Shown: in pieces, positions 62,091 to 64,000 of the stretch
Numbering within the stretch: the stretch's first letter is position 1
How the letters are laid out: each line of letters begins with the position of its first letter
Assembly: GCA_050575255.1 (NCBI GenBank)
Contig: JBNZDD010013698.1
Span: forward strand, 6,008,586-6,072,585
Direction: 5' to 3'
DNA from: Harriotta raleighana
Taxonomy: Eukaryota
Length of the DNA stretch: 64,000 nucleotides
Position numbers and translations under genes: made by a program
Notes under the pieces: generated by a model
The model's database searches: none
What the model saw: the letters and a program-made list of their open reading frames with translations, nothing else
What the model was told of the DNA's origin: nothing

Positions 62091-63051
62091 TAAAAATAAT
62101 TGTTGTGATTTCTTAAAATCTATTTGTTGCATCACAGATTTCTATAATTTATTCCACATGCTATGACATAACTCATGGACTGACTTTATCTCTTTCACAA
62201 TAACTGAGTTGACCTTGCCATACATTTACTGTCTTTAACTAATGACAACTTGGCCACATGTGGAACACGACTGTACTTGTGCTAAAATGTAACATGCTAC
62301 CAAAAAGTAAGGAGATGAATAAAACTCTTTGTTCAACACTTTAGCACTTCATTAGCTGATCATAGAGAGTGAGTGTGTAATATACAGTATATCTGCACGA
62401 CACAAAATGACAGGGTAAAGGGGGAGACTCCAACCAGCTATGTGATCAAGAATTGAAATCTCAGAACAGTAAATAACAGTGGGCTCCTGTGTGCAGGGAT
62501 TTTGTGAGAGAGCCTCTGATGACAGGTTCTGTGAACCGTGCCCTGGCTCCGATCCAACATCTCCAGTAGTATGATAAGCACGTCCGCCATGTAGATGATA
62601 AACACAGGGAAGGACGTGACCTAAGATTCAATGGAAAGTCAGCAGAGAATCACTCTTTCCTGAAGACAGAGCTTTACAATGAAGAGAACTGTCTGGTAGA
62701 TTCAATCAAAATGAAAGGAGAAAAGGTAAACTTATTAAAGTAGGTTGCATCCAATAAGAGCTGTGATTTATTTTAATTAAACACAAAAGTGTTTGAAAAA
62801 TATAATAATTGGGATCTGGAAAAATATTTGTGGATGTGAGGAGAAATGACAGAAAAAGCTAATGTGGATAAACTTAAATCTAACATGTGAACTATCTCTT
62901 TTTAGATGTATTGACACTAACAAATTTTCAGTGATGACATTTATTGAATTAACCATCAATCCCATCAGTACTTTTTAATTGTCTCTGACTTTGAAACTTT
63001 GCCTACACACTGGCCCATGAATTATACTTCTTGCATTTGATACAGTATCAA

Positions 63052-63235
63052 AGAATCATGGAATTATACAGCACAGAAGGCGGACATTCGGCCCATCGTG
63101 TCTGTGCCAGCTCTTTGAAAAGAGCTATCCAAATGAAAACCATTCCCCCACTCTCTCCCCATAGCCCTGCAAACCTGTCCTCTCAAAATTACTATCTACT
63201 TCTCTCTTAAAAGTTGTTATTGTTAAAAGTTGTTA
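63052..63235 (-). mobile_element. CR1 3' UTR fragment
   Basis: ACAGCACAGAAGGCGGACATTCGGCCCATCGTGTCTGTGCCAGCTCTTTGAAA, same as the CR1 ends at 13.86 kb and 35.26 kb. Confidence 0.85.
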
Positions 63236-63244
63236 TCTTTATAG

Positions 63245-63645
63245 GATTTCAAGATCCTCGCTCTTGTGTGCAAATCCCTCCACTCTTCTGCACCCTCCCT
63301 ATCTCTCTAACCTCCTCTCTCCTCACAACAGTACCCATTGCCTTCGTCTACTGAGTCTGGCCTCCTCCTTGTCCACCAAATCCTCCATTCCACCATCTGT
63401 GGCCATGCCTTCAAGATCCTCGCTCTTGTGTTCAAATCCCTCCACTCCTCTGCACCCTCCCTACCTCCCTAACCTCCTCTCTCCTCACAACAGTACCCAT
63501 TGTCTTCATCTACTGGGTCTGGCCTCTTCCTTGTCCGCCAAATCCTCCATTCCACCATCTGTGGCCATGCCTTCAACACCCAGAAGATCTGGAACTCCCT
63601 AACTCACTCCCTCCTGACGCTATAAAGTGTAATTTTGTTGTTGGT
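63245..63645 (+). mobile_element. L2 3' fragment with a 162-bp tandem duplication
   Basis: FKILALV.KSLH motif repeated at 63248 and 63410; L2 tail GTGTAATTTTGTTG. Confidence 0.88.
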
Positions 63646-63671
63646 GACATCTTAAGAAACTTGCTTGTCAC

Positions 63672-63765
63672 TTAGAACAATACCATGGGATCTTTAATGT
63701 CCTTATAAACAGGCAGATGGGTCCTCAGTTTAACATCTCATCCGAAGAATAATATCTCTAGCAAT
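63672..63765 (-). mobile_element. Deu-domain SINE fragment
   Basis: CCATGGGATCTTTAATGTCC...AACAGGCAGATGGGTCCTCAGTTTAACATCTCATCCGAAGA. Confidence 0.7.
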
Positions 63766-64000
63766 GTATTGGTGTGATCAATCGATTCAATGTTGGGATA
63801 AGCCATTTTTCATTTCTTTAATAGTCTTTTCAAAGTCCTACAGTTAGACCCACAAAGCTTTCAGATCATTATAAATACAAAACCTGATAAATATTCCATT
63901 CCTTCAAACAGATCTTACTACTGTACTTTCTTTGATGGTTATTATGGACTTCAAACAATATTCTTCAGGTACCAATTAGAGTAACACATGTAAAGATTTA

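Noticed and set aside
1-64000. CRISPR-like array, operon or prokaryotic defence system
   Set aside because: Repeats are dispersed SINE/LINE copies with irregular spacing; no regularly spaced repeat-spacer array and no long ORFs; the DNA is vertebrate

Overview
AT-rich, repeat-dense vertebrate genomic DNA, not prokaryotic. The repeat complement points to a cartilaginous fish, most plausibly a holocephalan such as Callorhinchus milii; this is inferred from repeat families, not a database match. It includes many tRNA-Val-like SINEs with a CORE-like body and L2-type 3' tail, older Deu-domain SINEs, L2 and CR1 LINE fragments and a shark-type Penelope terminal repeat. I recognise no protein-coding gene. 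Nearly all ORFs in the track are chance ORFs or read through retroelements, and the only recognisable protein sequence is CR1/L2 endonuclease and reverse transcriptase. Best-supported discrete items: a Penelope pseudo-LTR with a minimal hammerhead ribozyme core (about 12.77 kb), a probable 483-bp solo LTR (46342-46824), two Tigger/pogo-type MITEs with TA target duplications, a young 5'-truncated CR1 spanning a gap, a recurrent SINE/L2-tail chimera and three N-flanked duplications that are probably assembly artefacts. Low-confidence candidates are a cluster of short minus-strand exons at 3.3-5.0 kb, several plus-strand microexons and a TATA/CCAAT promoter near 29 kb. I found no convincing previously undescribed biological system. 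Repeat coordinates are approximate unless a TSD or TIR is given.
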